Origin: Minisyncoccota bacterium
Lineage (GTDB): Bacteria > Patescibacteriota > Minisyncoccia > Phycocordibacterales > GWA1-40-21
Reading direction: 5' to 3'
Assembly (NCBI GenBank): GCA_041664585.1
Contig: JBAYKL010000003.1
Coordinates: forward strand, 49,074 to 113,073
DNA: 64,000 bases
Position 1 is the first letter of the stretch. Each line of letters begins with the position of its first letter. Under the pieces are notes generated by a model. It was not told the origin of the DNA. It saw nothing but the letters and a program-made list of their open reading frames with translations, and did no database searches. Position numbers and translations under genes: made by a program. Shown here piece after piece: positions 28,123 to 38,006 of the stretch.

Positions 28123-28156
28123 AAAAAGGCCCTAGCAGAACTAGGGCCTTTTTGTT
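28123..28156 (+). terminator. rho-independent terminator
   Basis: aggccctag-cagaa-ctagggcct plus TTTTT. Confidence 0.65.
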
Positions 28157-28177
28157 TTTATTCTATTTTTGTTCTAG

Positions 28178-28584
28178 TGGAGATGCCGAGAATCGAACTC
28201 GGGTGCAAATGATTGAACTCAATGCTTCTACAAAGTCTAGTTGATTTGTTTCCGTCCGAAGACGAATTTAGGTTTGTAAACTATAAAACAACAAAACATT
28301 TACAAACCGATTCTCTATTTTCGTCACTAGACGAGAAGGCTAGTGATATATTCTGAAAATATTGCACCTCATTCTACCTCTCAGAAGTCAGTAGATGAAA
28401 TGTAGCTTAGGCTAAAGCGTAAGCTAAAGTAAGGTCCTTGGCACCAAAAAATGGTGATACAATTCCCGCTACTTTTTGTGTAAAGCTTTTTGCATTTACA
28501 AGTCCTTGGTAGATTTAGGAGTTCACAAGGTTGCTCCACTTTGCGCAAGAGAGAACGGACCAATTGTCTAGGCCGATCATCCCC
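28178..28584 (-). ncRNA. ssrA: tmRNA (transfer-messenger RNA)
   Basis: Minus-strand 5' end GGGGAUGAUCGGCC. 3' end ...GCACCCGAGUUCGAUUCUCGGCAUCUCCA (T-arm GUUCGAUUC plus acceptor, CCA encoded). Internal tag ORF ...GAKDLTLAYALA-UAA. Immediately downstream of smpB. Confidence 0.85.
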
Positions 28585-28588
28585 AATA

Positions 28589-29032
28589 TTATTCTTTCAA
28601 TGTTCTTCTTATCTCTCTATCCGTTTCGCGTTTTTTTATACTTTCACGCTTGTCGTGAGTCTTCTTACCGCGAACGATTCCAAGCTCTACTTTGAGCTTC
28701 TTACCCATATTATACACCGAAAGGGCAGATATTGTCAATCCTTTTTGATTTTCCATATCTCCCAAACGTTTTATCTCTTTTTTGGTAAGAAGAAGTTTCC
28801 TATTTCTTCTAGGATCAAAGTCTGCGGGCGTATTCTTAGGTTGAATAGGGGTAATGTTTGAATTAATGAGAAAAGCCTCAGAGCCTCTGATTATCGCGTA
28901 CGCTCCATCTAAAGACATTTTCCCATCCTTTACCGCCTTCACTTCGAAACCAAGTAATTCAATACCGGCCGTGATTTTCTCAAGGATTTCATAATTAAAA
29001 TATGCTTTTCTGTTTTCTGCGAATTTACTCAT
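28589..29032 (-). CDS. smpB: SsrA-binding protein SmpB
   Basis: MSKFAENRKAYFNYEILEK...GIEL.G.EVK S SmpB signature. Start chosen at MSKF; the longer ORF to 29098 is rejected. Confidence 0.85.
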   Translation of the reverse strand: MSKFAENRKAYFNYEILEKITAGIELLGFEVKAVKDGKMSLDGAYAIIRGSEAFLINSNITPIQPKNTPADFDPRRNRKLLLTKKEIKRLGDMENQKGLTISALSVYNMGKKLKVELGIVRGKKTHDKRESIKKRETDREIRRTLKE

Positions 29033-29103
29033 CTCAATTATAGTATCAGAATAGGGGAGATTTGAGAAATAAAAAAGGACCGAATAAATCGGTCCCAACT
29101 TTT

Positions 29104-29469
29104 TTATTCATGTACCCCTTCTATTACGAAGTAGAGGGATACTATGGAGCAGGCAGTGATTGCCATCAAAACTAAGCTGAAAAATTTCCAACAGAAACCT
29201 GGTGCGAAAATTAGACAGCCGAGTGATATTCCAAGACCCAGTGAATTGATCATTAGAGCAATGGTTTTTGATTTTTTTGCTACCCCGCCATCTTTTTGTT
29301 CTTCAAAGAAAGCGGCTCCCACCAAGATGCAACATATTGCGACTATCACGAAGATTTCAAATCTTGGTATGTCGATGCAGCTCATGAAAAAGCATCCAAT
29401 TAATCCGATTGTTATTGCCCAAGCAATCTTTGGCATACCAAGTTCGAAAGGTTCCATTTTTTGTATCAT
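29104..29469 (-). CDS. hypothetical four-TM membrane protein upstream of smpB
   Basis: Four clear hydrophobic helices; co-oriented with smpB-ssrA. The overlapping plus-strand ORF 29144-29521 is less hydrophobically coherent. Confidence 0.4.
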   Translation of the reverse strand: MIQKMEPFELGMPKIAWAITIGLIGCFFMSCIDIPRFEIFVIVAICCILVGAAFFEEQKDGGVAKKSKTIALMINSLGLGISLGCLIFAPGFCWKFFSLVLMAITACSIVSLYFVIEGVHE

Positions 29470-29569
29470 AGGGTACTCCTTTTTTTGTCTCTATCTCAAA
29501 TATACTATTTATAAATTATAGGTCAATAGTATTTTCGACTTCTTTATAAATTTTACAAAAAATGCTATC

Positions 29570-31558
29570 ATGTTGCATAATATGAATAATATAAAAAATA
29601 ATTTAAATAAGCCTAAACTTCCTATTCCACCAAAAGGAAAATTTCCAAAGATGATTAAAAAACCTTCTAAGGGTCCACTTTCTGTATTTAGTAAAATACT
29701 AAATGCAATTTTCATACTTCTCCTCATTTCTACTCTATACTCAATGGTTTTTACTGGAGATCCTAAAAAAGATGAGATATCTCTTTCCCAACTTGCAACA
29801 GACATATCTTTAGGAACAGTAGAAAAAATTGTTGTAAAAGGAGACAGTCTTTCTATTACATATTTGGCTACAAGTACTGCGACTGGTACCAAAGCGATAA
29901 TCAAAGAATCAAGAAAGGAGGAAGGGGTCGCACTTACACAAACACTTTCAAATTACAAAGTGTCACAAGACAAGTTGGCAAAGATAAATATTGATATAGG
30001 AAGTGATACTGGTTTTGGATTTTGGTTTCTAAATCTCGCTCCGTTTTTAATTCCTCTACTTTTAATCGGTGTCTTTATCTGGATGCTCACAAAACAAGTG
30101 AAAGGTGCTGGTATGCAAGCGATGTCTTTTGGACAGTCAAAAGCTAGAGTGATACTTCCGACAGATAAAAAACAGAGAGTAACTTTTGCAGATGTTGCAG
30201 GTGCGAAAGAAGCAAAAGAAGAGCTTGCTGAAGTTGTGGATTTCTTGAAAAATCCTAAAAAGTTTTTGGATATTGGAGCAAAAATTCCCAAAGGAATTCT
30301 TCTCATGGGTGCGCCTGGTACAGGAAAAACTTTACTAGCGAGAGCGGTAGCTGGAGAAGCTGGAGTAGCATTCTTTTCAATCTCTGGATCTGAATTCGTA
30401 GAAATGTTTGTGGGTGTGGGCGCTTCTCGTGTAAGAGATTTATTTAAAATGGCAAAGGTAGCAGCACCAGCTATTATATTTATAGATGAAATAGACGCAG
30501 TGGGTAGGGTACGTGGTGGAGGAATGGGTGGAGGTAATGATGAAAGAGAACAAACCTTAAACCAGATACTTGTAGAAATGGATGGTTTTGAACCAAATGT
30601 AAAAGTTATTGTTATGGCTGCTACAAACAGACCAGATGTACTTGATCCTGCACTCTTAAGGCCAGGAAGATTCGATAGAAGAGTTACTATAGATTTGCCA
30701 GATAGAAACGACAGAGAAGCAATTTTGAAAGTCCACTCAAAAGAAAAACCTTTTGCTGAGGATGTAAATCTTAGAACTATTGCAGAAAGAACTCCAGGAT
30801 TTTCTGGTGCAGACCTGTATTCTCTTATGAACGAAGGTGCGATACTCGCTGCAAGAGAAAGCAGACAAAAAGTTTCTCAGTTTGATCTTATCCGTTCCAT
30901 AGAAAAAGTAATGATGGGTCCAGAAAGAAAGAGTCATATACTTTCAAAACAAGAAAAGAAAATTACTGCGTATCACGAAGCGGGACACGCCCTTGTTTCT
31001 TCACTTCTTACCTATGCAGACCCAGTACATAAAATTTCTATAATCTCTCGTGGAAGAGCTGCTGGATATACTTTGCACCTACCATTTGAAGATAGAAAAT
31101 TACAATCAAGGAAAGAATTTTTGGATGATATTGCTGTCACTCTTGCTGGATATGTTACAGAAAAAATGATTTTTGATGATCTTACTACTGGTCCATCAAA
31201 CGATTTGCAAGTATCAAGCGCTCTCGCTAGAGACATGGTTACTAAATACGGTATGTCAGATAAGATTGGCCCAGTAGCTCTTGAGGGGGAAGGTGGCAGA
31301 TCGCTTTTTGGTAGAGGAGTAAGCGACAAAGAATATTCTGACAAAGTAAATGCAGTTATAGACTCAGAAGTTTCTGAAATAATTGATTCAAATATGAAGA
31401 GGGCAGAACACATTCTCAAGGAACATAAAAAGGCTCTTGATGCTATCGCAACTAGATTAGTAGAGACAGAGACAATAGAAAGGGAAGAGTTTGAAAAACT
31501 TTTGGTTGCAAATGGAATTGTACCTAAGAAGAAAGAAGATATAGAACATTTGGGATAA
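29570..31558 (+). CDS. ftsH: ATP-dependent zinc metalloprotease FtsH
   Basis: N-terminal TM, AAA Walker A GAPGTGKTLLARAVAGEA, SRH region, Zn motif HEAGHAL. Confidence 0.95.
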   Translation: MLHNMNNIKNNLNKPKLPIPPKGKFPKMIKKPSKGPLSVFSKILNAIFILLLISTLYSMVFTGDPKKDEISLSQLATDISLGTVEKIVVKGDSLSITYLATSTATGTKAIIKESRKEEGVALTQTLSNYKVSQDKLAKINIDIGSDTGFGFWFLNLAPFLIPLLLIGVFIWMLTKQVKGAGMQAMSFGQSKARVILPTDKKQRVTFADVAGAKEAKEELAEVVDFLKNPKKFLDIGAKIPKGILLMGAPGTGKTLLARAVAGEAGVAFFSISGSEFVEMFVGVGASRVRDLFKMAKVAAPAIIFIDEIDAVGRVRGGGMGGGNDEREQTLNQILVEMDGFEPNVKVIVMAATNRPDVLDPALLRPGRFDRRVTIDLPDRNDREAILKVHSKEKPFAEDVNLRTIAERTPGFSGADLYSLMNEGAILAARESRQKVSQFDLIRSIEKVMMGPERKSHILSKQEKKITAYHEAGHALVSSLLTYADPVHKISIISRGRAAGYTLHLPFEDRKLQSRKEFLDDIAVTLAGYVTEKMIFDDLTTGPSNDLQVSSALARDMVTKYGMSDKIGPVALEGEGGRSLFGRGVSDKEYSDKVNAVIDSEVSEIIDSNMKRAEHILKEHKKALDAIATRLVETETIEREEFEKLLVANGIVPKKKEDIEHLG

Positions 31559-31563
31559 CAAGA

Positions 31564-31592
31564 AAAAAGGAGTTTTTAAACTCCTTTTTTCT
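31564..31592 (+). terminator. rho-independent terminator after ftsH
   Basis: aaggag-tttttaaa-ctcctt plus TTTTTT. Confidence 0.6.
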
Positions 31593-31645
31593 TGTATTAT
31601 TTTTTGATGGTGATAATGTATTTATAGAAAACAAAAGGAGGTCTT

Positions 31646-31927
31646 ATGCATTGCGCTTGTCTTTTGTCTGTGATTTTTGGTTTGATGCTTATCTATATAG
31701 GTTCGAGATCTGTCACAGATTATTTTTTTTACAGAAACGTCGTTGATCGCGGAACAAAAAGTTTGAAAGATAAAATACGCTTTTATCTAATTAACCTTTT
31801 TGTTGGTTGTTTCTGTGATTCAAAGTGCTGTGATCTTGGTTCATTCTGGCCTCATTACAAGAAAATGAGTAACATCGGGATGATCATGGTTCTTTTGTCG
31901 GTACTAATTATTTGTTTGACGAAGTGA
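31646..31927 (+). CDS. hypothetical small Cys-rich membrane protein
   Basis: 93 aa ORF with two hydrophobic segments; weak support. Confidence 0.25.
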   Translation: MHCACLLSVIFGLMLIYIGSRSVTDYFFYRNVVDRGTKSLKDKIRFYLINLFVGCFCDSKCCDLGSFWPHYKKMSNIGMIMVLLSVLIICLTK

Positions 31928-31967
31928 TTTAATAACAGGGCTACGGAAGCTCTGTTTTTTTATGATG

Positions 31968-32041
31968 TACGCCTGCCTGGATTCGAACCAGGGACCCCCG
32001 AGGTATAAGCTCGATGCTCTAACCAGCTGAGCTACAGGCGT
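31968..32041 (-). tRNA. tRNA-Ile (anticodon UAU) candidate
   Basis: Reverse complement folds as acceptor ACGCCUG/CAGGCGU, D-arm GCUCAGCUGGUUAGAGC, anticodon stem UCGAG/CUCGG with loop CUUAUAC, T-arm CCUGGUUCGAAUCCAGG, discriminator A. Confidence 0.7.
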
Positions 32042-32122
32042 ATATGAAAGATATTATCTTAAAAATGACTTTTTCGCAATGTGTTTTTGCTAGCACCTTA
32101 CATTGTATGATATTATTAATCT

Positions 32123-33139
32123 ATGGAAAATTTACCTAAATTTGAAGTAATTGGAAATGTACCAGAGGAAGAAAAAGATAAATACAGGTCTTATAAAAAA
32201 GATATCTTTATTAAACAGGGTGAAATGTTACCCAAAGAAAGAGCCGAGGAACTTAATGCACTCGAGCAAGAAAAAACCCCAGAAGAAATTGTTATATTAA
32301 ATCTTATAAATGAAGAGACGAGTCGCTTGATGAAAGAATGCGGGGTTGAACCTTTTGATATCCCTATACAGAATTATCATATTTTACCACCAGAAGGTCT
32401 AAAAAAGTTTTTTGGTACGGATTCTGATGGCGTTTATAAAAATTACGCTGTTGGTTTGTCTTCCGAATTACGTTCGAGTCTTTTAGATTTTGCGACAACC
32501 GCTTTTCATGAATCATTGCACATGAAATCTAGAAGTATATGGGAATTATATGAAGATGAAAAAGGGAAAATCAAACATAATGAATATAGAGGCGGTGTGA
32601 GATCCTTTTCGCCAAACACAAAAGATGAGAAGGGTATACGCGTCGGTCATTTTTCTGGTTTAGATGAAGCTATAGTATCGTGGCAGGAAAAAATATTTTT
32701 GCAAAAATTCTTGAGTATTCCAGAATTAGCTAAAGAAAAACAAGTATATGACTCTGAAGAAAATAAACTATTAAGACAAAAAATCGCTAAAAAGAGAGGT
32801 CTCCCAGAGGATGAAATATTGGGGGTTGATTCTTCTAGTGAGAGAGTTCTCATGTATGGCTATTATGGTCATAGACGGGTTTTAGAGTATGTGTGTGAAG
32901 AGATATCAAAAGAGTTTGATGATAAGTATCAAAGTAGAGAAGATGTCTTTAAAGACTTTTTGAGATCAAATTTTGATGGCAATCTAATACTAATTGCAAG
33001 ATTAATGAAACAAACTTTTGGCGATATGGGATTAAGAGCTCTTAGTACTATGAGGATTGGTTATCCTAGTGGAGGTATCGAGAATTTGTTAGAGATGCTC
33101 AGAAAAATGAGAAGAAACGTTTTGAATGGTAAAAAATAA
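32123..33139 (+). CDS. hypothetical protein with an HExxH motif (possible metallopeptidase-like)
   Basis: 338 aa; AFHESLHM contains HExxH; otherwise unrecognised. Confidence 0.4.
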   Translation: MENLPKFEVIGNVPEEEKDKYRSYKKDIFIKQGEMLPKERAEELNALEQEKTPEEIVILNLINEETSRLMKECGVEPFDIPIQNYHILPPEGLKKFFGTDSDGVYKNYAVGLSSELRSSLLDFATTAFHESLHMKSRSIWELYEDEKGKIKHNEYRGGVRSFSPNTKDEKGIRVGHFSGLDEAIVSWQEKIFLQKFLSIPELAKEKQVYDSEENKLLRQKIAKKRGLPEDEILGVDSSSERVLMYGYYGHRRVLEYVCEEISKEFDDKYQSREDVFKDFLRSNFDGNLILIARLMKQTFGDMGLRALSTMRIGYPSGGIENLLEMLRKMRRNVLNGKK

Positions 33140-33145
33140 TTCTTG

Positions 33146-35305
33146 CTATTCAAAATGTATTTCTTCCATTTTTCTATGTTTCATTTTTTCACAAATAAGT
33201 GGATATTTTGAAAGCGTGTCACCTTGTTTCAGAAGGTATTCTGCTTCGGCTCTAGCTGCTTCAACCATTTTTAGATTTTTAATTGCTTCCATACCTATAT
33301 CAGAAATACCCCATTGTTTATTTCCAGAAAGTTCTCCTGGTCCACGAAGTTTCAAATCGTATTCAGCAAGTTCAAATCCATTTTTCGCTTGTGTAAGCGC
33401 CCTAAGTCTGTCTATTGTTTTGTCAGATTTTGCTTCTGCAAACACATAGCAATATGCCTGATGATTACTTCTTACAACACGCCCTCTTAGCTGGTGAAGT
33501 TGAGCAAGGCCAAATCTTTCTGCTCCCTCAATTATAATTATTGTTGCATTAGGAACATTCACACCGACCTCAACCACAGAAGTAGCACAAAGTATTTGTG
33601 TTTTATATTCTGTAAATTCTTTCATTATCCTGTCTTTTTCTACTGGTGTCATTTTGCTATGTAATACACCGATTTCATATTCAGGGAAAATATCTTTTTT
33701 TAAGCGCTTAGCTTCTTCTTTTACGGACTTTGCTAGTACAGCAGCTTCTTTGGCTGGATCTGGCTCATCTATTCTTGGGCAGATGACATATAGTTGTCTG
33801 CCATCCTTCATTTCTTTACGAATCTTTTCATAAGTTTCTTCTCTTTTATTTTTTAAAACAATTTCTGTGATTATTTGTTTTCTTCCAGTAGGCATTTGGT
33901 CTATAAGAGTAAGGTCTAAGTCTCCGTATACGGTAAGGGCGAGAGTGCGGGGGATTGGAGTGGCCGTCATTGAGAGAAGGTGTGGAGCGATCTTTTCTTT
34001 TTTTAATAATTTTTGTCTTTGGGCTGTTCCGAATCTATGTTGCTCGTCTATTACTACAAAAGATAGATGTTTAAACTTAACAGTTTTTTGTATAAGAGCA
34101 TGTGTACCTATGAGAATATGTATTTCTCCATTCGCTACCCATTTCAAAAGTTGTGTACGAGAAATATCTGTCCAACTTTTTGGATTTACTTTTGAAGGGA
34201 ACTTTTTACATCCACTTCCTGTGATGAGTCCGATATTTATTCCTAAGTAATAGAAATATTTTATGAAAGATTCGAAGTGTTGCTTAGCTAATATTTCAGT
34301 TGGTGCCATATAGGCGACTTGTAATGCACCAAAGGTTTGTCCAAGAGGTCTTGTCGTCACAGCTCCAAATGCAGCAGCAGCAGCAACCGCCGTTTTACCA
34401 GAACCCACATCTCCTTCAAGTAGACGAGACATGGCATGTCCTTTTGCAAAATCTTGGAATAAGGTTTCTATAGCTTTGTTTTGTGCTTCGGTTGCGGTAA
34501 AAGGAAATCTTTTTATAAACCCATCTATTTTATCTTGCGGAGTTTTGATTATGAAAGAAGGTTCCTTTTGCCATTCTAATCTAGCCTTTATTCTTTCAAG
34601 TTGTATAAAGAAGACTTCTTCGAAAGCAAATCTTTTTCTTGCAGATATTGCATGATCTCTTTTTTGTGGAGTATGGATCCAGACTAGCGCAGTCTTAAGG
34701 GTAGGTAAATTATATGTATTTAAAATATATTCTGGTATTGGGTCAGTGATTGTTTCCAGTATTCCACTTTGAAATATTTTTTGTATTGCGTGGTATATCC
34801 AGTTTGAAGTTACCCCTTTGCTTTCTGGGTATACTGGATATAGAGAGTGTGATTCACCATCTTCACCAAATAGAGAATCTCCGACACCAATTGGAAGTTT
34901 TGTGACCGGTTCTATCTTTGGGTTGCTCATGTATAACTCACCCTTTCTATCAGAAACTTTTCCATCAGCTCTTACAAAGAAACCATCCTGGAGCATTTTT
35001 GCTATATATGGTTGATGAAACCACACTGCTTTTATTTTTCCAGACTCATCTTCGATCCAAGCTTCGGACATTGGTATTTTACTTTTAAAGCTTTTGCTGG
35101 TTTTTAATCCAGAAATCTTTCCAAAAATAGTTGCAGATTCTCCAGAGGAGAGACTGGCGATATTTCTTTTTTGTGATGTATCACCATATCTAACAGGGAA
35201 GTGATACAGTAAATCTTCCACAGTTTTAATACTTAATTTTTTTAGAGCTAATTTTTGCCCTTCCAAAATTCTCAGATTTTCTGTAAGTTGGTCATCTAAT
35301 TTCAT
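33146..35305 (-). CDS. recG: ATP-dependent DNA helicase RecG
   Basis: 719 aa; N-terminal wedge/OB region, helicase motif I DVGSGKT, motif II DEQHRFG, motif VI QLRGRVVR. Confidence 0.9.
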   Translation of the reverse strand: MKLDDQLTENLRILEGQKLALKKLSIKTVEDLLYHFPVRYGDTSQKRNIASLSSGESATIFGKISGLKTSKSFKSKIPMSEAWIEDESGKIKAVWFHQPYIAKMLQDGFFVRADGKVSDRKGELYMSNPKIEPVTKLPIGVGDSLFGEDGESHSLYPVYPESKGVTSNWIYHAIQKIFQSGILETITDPIPEYILNTYNLPTLKTALVWIHTPQKRDHAISARKRFAFEEVFFIQLERIKARLEWQKEPSFIIKTPQDKIDGFIKRFPFTATEAQNKAIETLFQDFAKGHAMSRLLEGDVGSGKTAVAAAAAFGAVTTRPLGQTFGALQVAYMAPTEILAKQHFESFIKYFYYLGINIGLITGSGCKKFPSKVNPKSWTDISRTQLLKWVANGEIHILIGTHALIQKTVKFKHLSFVVIDEQHRFGTAQRQKLLKKEKIAPHLLSMTATPIPRTLALTVYGDLDLTLIDQMPTGRKQIITEIVLKNKREETYEKIRKEMKDGRQLYVICPRIDEPDPAKEAAVLAKSVKEEAKRLKKDIFPEYEIGVLHSKMTPVEKDRIMKEFTEYKTQILCATSVVEVGVNVPNATIIIIEGAERFGLAQLHQLRGRVVRSNHQAYCYVFAEAKSDKTIDRLRALTQAKNGFELAEYDLKLRGPGELSGNKQWGISDIGMEAIKNLKMVEAARAEAEYLLKQGDTLSKYPLICEKMKHRKMEEIHFE

Positions 35306-35366
35306 TTATTGTATTTTAGCATAAATTGGATACATTTTTGCTGTGGTATAATATTTTGTATTAAAT

Positions 35367-36152
35367 ATGAAAATAAAGATTGCTCATTTGAATATTGAAA
35401 GGGACAAACACTTAGAGTTAGTTCATAACTTTTTTGATTTACATAAACCGGATGTGTTTTGTTTGTGTGAAATTATTGAGTCAAACGCTATTAATTTTGC
35501 AAAAGAATTTGGATATAATTTTGTCTATTCGCCATTGATTAATACAGAGAAGGGTACTCAGGGCTCAGCTATTTTTTCTAAAGTCCCGATTCTTGCTTCT
35601 TCTATTTTAAGATATGATGATCAGGATGGGAGTGTCTTACCGTTTGTTACTTTTGATAGTATTAATAAAGACAAAAATAGACCAAAAGCCATGTTTACAT
35701 ATCATTATGCTATTCTTACCGCAGAAATAGAGAATGACAAAAAAGAAAAGGTTATTGTATCAACCACTCATTTTCCAGTCGCAGACCATTCAACACCCGG
35801 ATTAGATGATCATGTTTTAGACGAGATGAGCGATATAAGGGAGATTAATAAATCTAGGATTTTTTTTGATAGATTTTTATCTATTATTAAAACGCTTCCG
35901 CGACCTTTAATTTTTACTGCAGACATGAATAACTCTAGGGGAGAATATATTTATGATACATTAGCGCACGAGCTTCTAGATTTAACGCCATCAGGTATTG
36001 TGTCAACTATTGATTCCAAAATACATCGTTGCCGGGATTTGAGTTTGGTTGTGGATACCGTAATGGTTAGTAGTGAGATTAATGTAGGTGAGGTAAAGAT
36101 CTTTGATGGAGTAAGTGACCATAAGGCTCTGGTTGCAGAGTTAGATATTTAA
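35367..36152 (+). CDS. endonuclease/exonuclease/phosphatase (EEP) family protein
   Basis: N-terminal LNIE..., conserved Asp/His positions and C-terminal SDHKALVAEL typical of the EEP fold. Confidence 0.55.
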   Translation: MKIKIAHLNIERDKHLELVHNFFDLHKPDVFCLCEIIESNAINFAKEFGYNFVYSPLINTEKGTQGSAIFSKVPILASSILRYDDQDGSVLPFVTFDSINKDKNRPKAMFTYHYAILTAEIENDKKEKVIVSTTHFPVADHSTPGLDDHVLDEMSDIREINKSRIFFDRFLSIIKTLPRPLIFTADMNNSRGEYIYDTLAHELLDLTPSGIVSTIDSKIHRCRDLSLVVDTVMVSSEINVGEVKIFDGVSDHKALVAELDI

Positions 36153-36217
36153 CCCCTCGAAGACTAAAGTTATTTTTTTTGTTATAATCTCTATATTAAA
36201 AGTTATTAATTTATAAA

Positions 36218-36661
36218 ATGATTACATTAACATTAACTGAAATTATTATTAGAATCTCAGTAGCTGTTGGTTTAGGAGCGCTTCTTGGGCTCGAAAGAAC
36301 ATTGGCTGGTAAAAGTGCTGGTTTACGTACTTATGCTATGGTTTCTCTTGGGTCGGCTCTTTTTATATTAATTGCTGAATTAGTTTCTCTTTCTGTACCA
36401 AATTCTAACCCTTTACTTTTAGGTTCCGCTATAATTACTGGTATTGGTTTTATAGGCGCTGGTCTTGTCTTGTTTCAAGATCATAAAGTCACAGGACTTA
36501 CTACTGCCGCTGGTCTCTGGGTTTCTGCTGGTATAGGTATGGCTTCTGGATACGGATTATATCAGGTTGCTACCGTAGCCTTCATTGCCGCACTTCTGGT
36601 CTTTACCTTTTTTTGGTTTATAGAAAGCATCTTAAAAAAGCTCTCATATAATAGAGACTAG
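36218..36661 (+). CDS. MgtC/SapB-family membrane protein
   Basis: GLGALLGLERTLAGKSAGLRTYAMVSLGSALF matches the MgtC N-terminal domain signature. Confidence 0.65.
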   Translation: MITLTLTEIIIRISVAVGLGALLGLERTLAGKSAGLRTYAMVSLGSALFILIAELVSLSVPNSNPLLLGSAIITGIGFIGAGLVLFQDHKVTGLTTAAGLWVSAGIGMASGYGLYQVATVAFIAALLVFTFFWFIESILKKLSYNRD

Positions 36662-36702
36662 AGATATAATAAAAAAACGAGGTATTTTATACCTCGTTTT
36701 TT

Positions 36703-37365
36703 TTATTTTTTCTCTTTGATTTTTCTCATACTCATTAAAACTAATAACAGTAAGAATAAGAATAGAGCAGAGATGGTTTTCCCTAATATTCCAGACGCGA
36801 GCATATAGGCTGGTTCCTCGAAAAAATTAATCTTTAATTTCGGCAAACTCATTATTGTTTTCATTGCTTCGTTTAGTGGGAATGATTCTTCTTGCCCTAC
36901 GGTTAGCACATATTTCCCCACGTTGTCTTCCGAAGTGATTTCAATTAAGTATTCTCCAGTTTTAACATACTTGGTTTCTTCTGGACCTTTGAGATAGAAA
37001 TCTCCAGCGAATTCTTCGTAATAACTTTCCCAGTTTGTTTTGTTTCCGTCCAGATACATTTTTATATCACTATCTGGTGAACTTAGTTTAATCATCTTGG
37101 CTGAAAGTCCAACGGAAGCGTTTCCGTTATCTGGAACAAGTAAACCAAAATATATTATAGATGGCTGATCTATTTTTATCTTGTAATATTCAGGTTTATT
37201 TTTTAATATTCCGTAATATGCCTGTGATATTTCTGGCTTTTCTATGATGATAGGGGATATGGATGTATTTTTTATATCCCAAACCAACCTTGGATTATGT
37301 GCTGATGCTTGGTTAGCGATGATTATCGTACCGAGTATCACCGTGATTGATAGAATTTTTTTCAT
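36703..37365 (-). CDS. exported protein with signal peptide and C-terminal TM anchor
   Basis: Signal peptide MKKILSITVILGTIIIANQASA; C-terminal ISALFLFLLLLVLMSMRK. Confidence 0.5.
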   Translation of the reverse strand: MKKILSITVILGTIIIANQASAHNPRLVWDIKNTSISPIIIEKPEISQAYYGILKNKPEYYKIKIDQPSIIYFGLLVPDNGNASVGLSAKMIKLSSPDSDIKMYLDGNKTNWESYYEEFAGDFYLKGPEETKYVKTGEYLIEITSEDNVGKYVLTVGQEESFPLNEAMKTIMSLPKLKINFFEEPAYMLASGILGKTISALFLFLLLLVLMSMRKIKEKK

Positions 37366-37390
37366 TAGGATTATTATATCAAATTAAAAT

Positions 37391-37422
37391 AAAAAAAGGT
37401 GGCATCTTTTTATGATGCCACC
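37391..37422. terminator. bidirectional hairpin terminator between convergent/tandem minus-strand genes
   Basis: ggtggcat-ctttttatg-atgccacc flanked by A/T tracts. Confidence 0.5.
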
Positions 37423-37427
37423 AGGTA

Positions 37428-37781
37428 CTAGCTTTCGCTTTTTTGAATTTCTTGGCATTTCATACACCGCTCTTTTTTCTTGACTGGACAATGTGTCCAT
37501 CCGCTGTGTAGTCTGCTCAATTCACATTCTTCACCGAAGGAACAATTTTCTATATCTTCGCAAAGACGTTGGAAGTCTAGCCTTTTTTGTGCAAAGGCTT
37601 CCGCCCCTCCGTTTTTTACGAAATGTTCAACCAACCATTCTGGGTGTTTGTACAATTCCCAATCATCGCAGTTGTGTTCTATTCTCGTCGCGTGACGGTT
37701 TACAGGACAAGTTAGAATTTCAATTATCTGTTTTGTATTGTATGCGTTTAGATCAAACAAGGGTGTAACAACTTTTTTCAT
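37428..37781 (-). CDS. hypothetical Cys-rich protein (8 Cys; possible zinc ribbon)
   Basis: 117 aa with CxxC-like pairs (CMKC, CSFGEEC). Confidence 0.4.
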   Translation of the reverse strand: MKKVVTPLFDLNAYNTKQIIEILTCPVNRHATRIEHNCDDWELYKHPEWLVEHFVKNGGAEAFAQKRLDFQRLCEDIENCSFGEECELSRLHSGWTHCPVKKKERCMKCQEIQKSES

Positions 37782-37896
37782 TTGTTCTCCTTTTTTGCTT
37801 CCTTTTTAATATTAACAGATATATAGATTTTGCCAAATTATTATAAAAAATAACTAGAATAATACATCATAATATGTTAATCTATTTTTGTTAGAT

Positions 37897-37983
37897 GGAG
37901 ACGTGTCAGAGTGGTCTAATGTGCCTCTTTGCTAAAGAGGTGGGGTGTAAAAGCCCCCGCTGGTTCGAATCCAGCCGTCTCCG
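37897..37983 (+). tRNA. tRNA-Ser (anticodon GCU)
   Basis: GGAGACG acceptor, D-arm GUCAGAGUGGUCUAAUG, anticodon stem CCUCU/AGAGG with loop UUGCUAA, long variable arm, T-arm GCUGGUUCGAAUCCAGC, discriminator G. Confidence 0.85.
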
Positions 37984-38006
37984 CAGGAATATATAAGGTA
38001 TTGTAG

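Noticed and set aside
29144-29521. Plus-strand 125-aa ORF overlapping the minus-strand membrane protein
   Set aside because: The minus-strand frame encodes four coherent TM helices and is co-oriented with smpB-ssrA; the plus frame lacks such structure.
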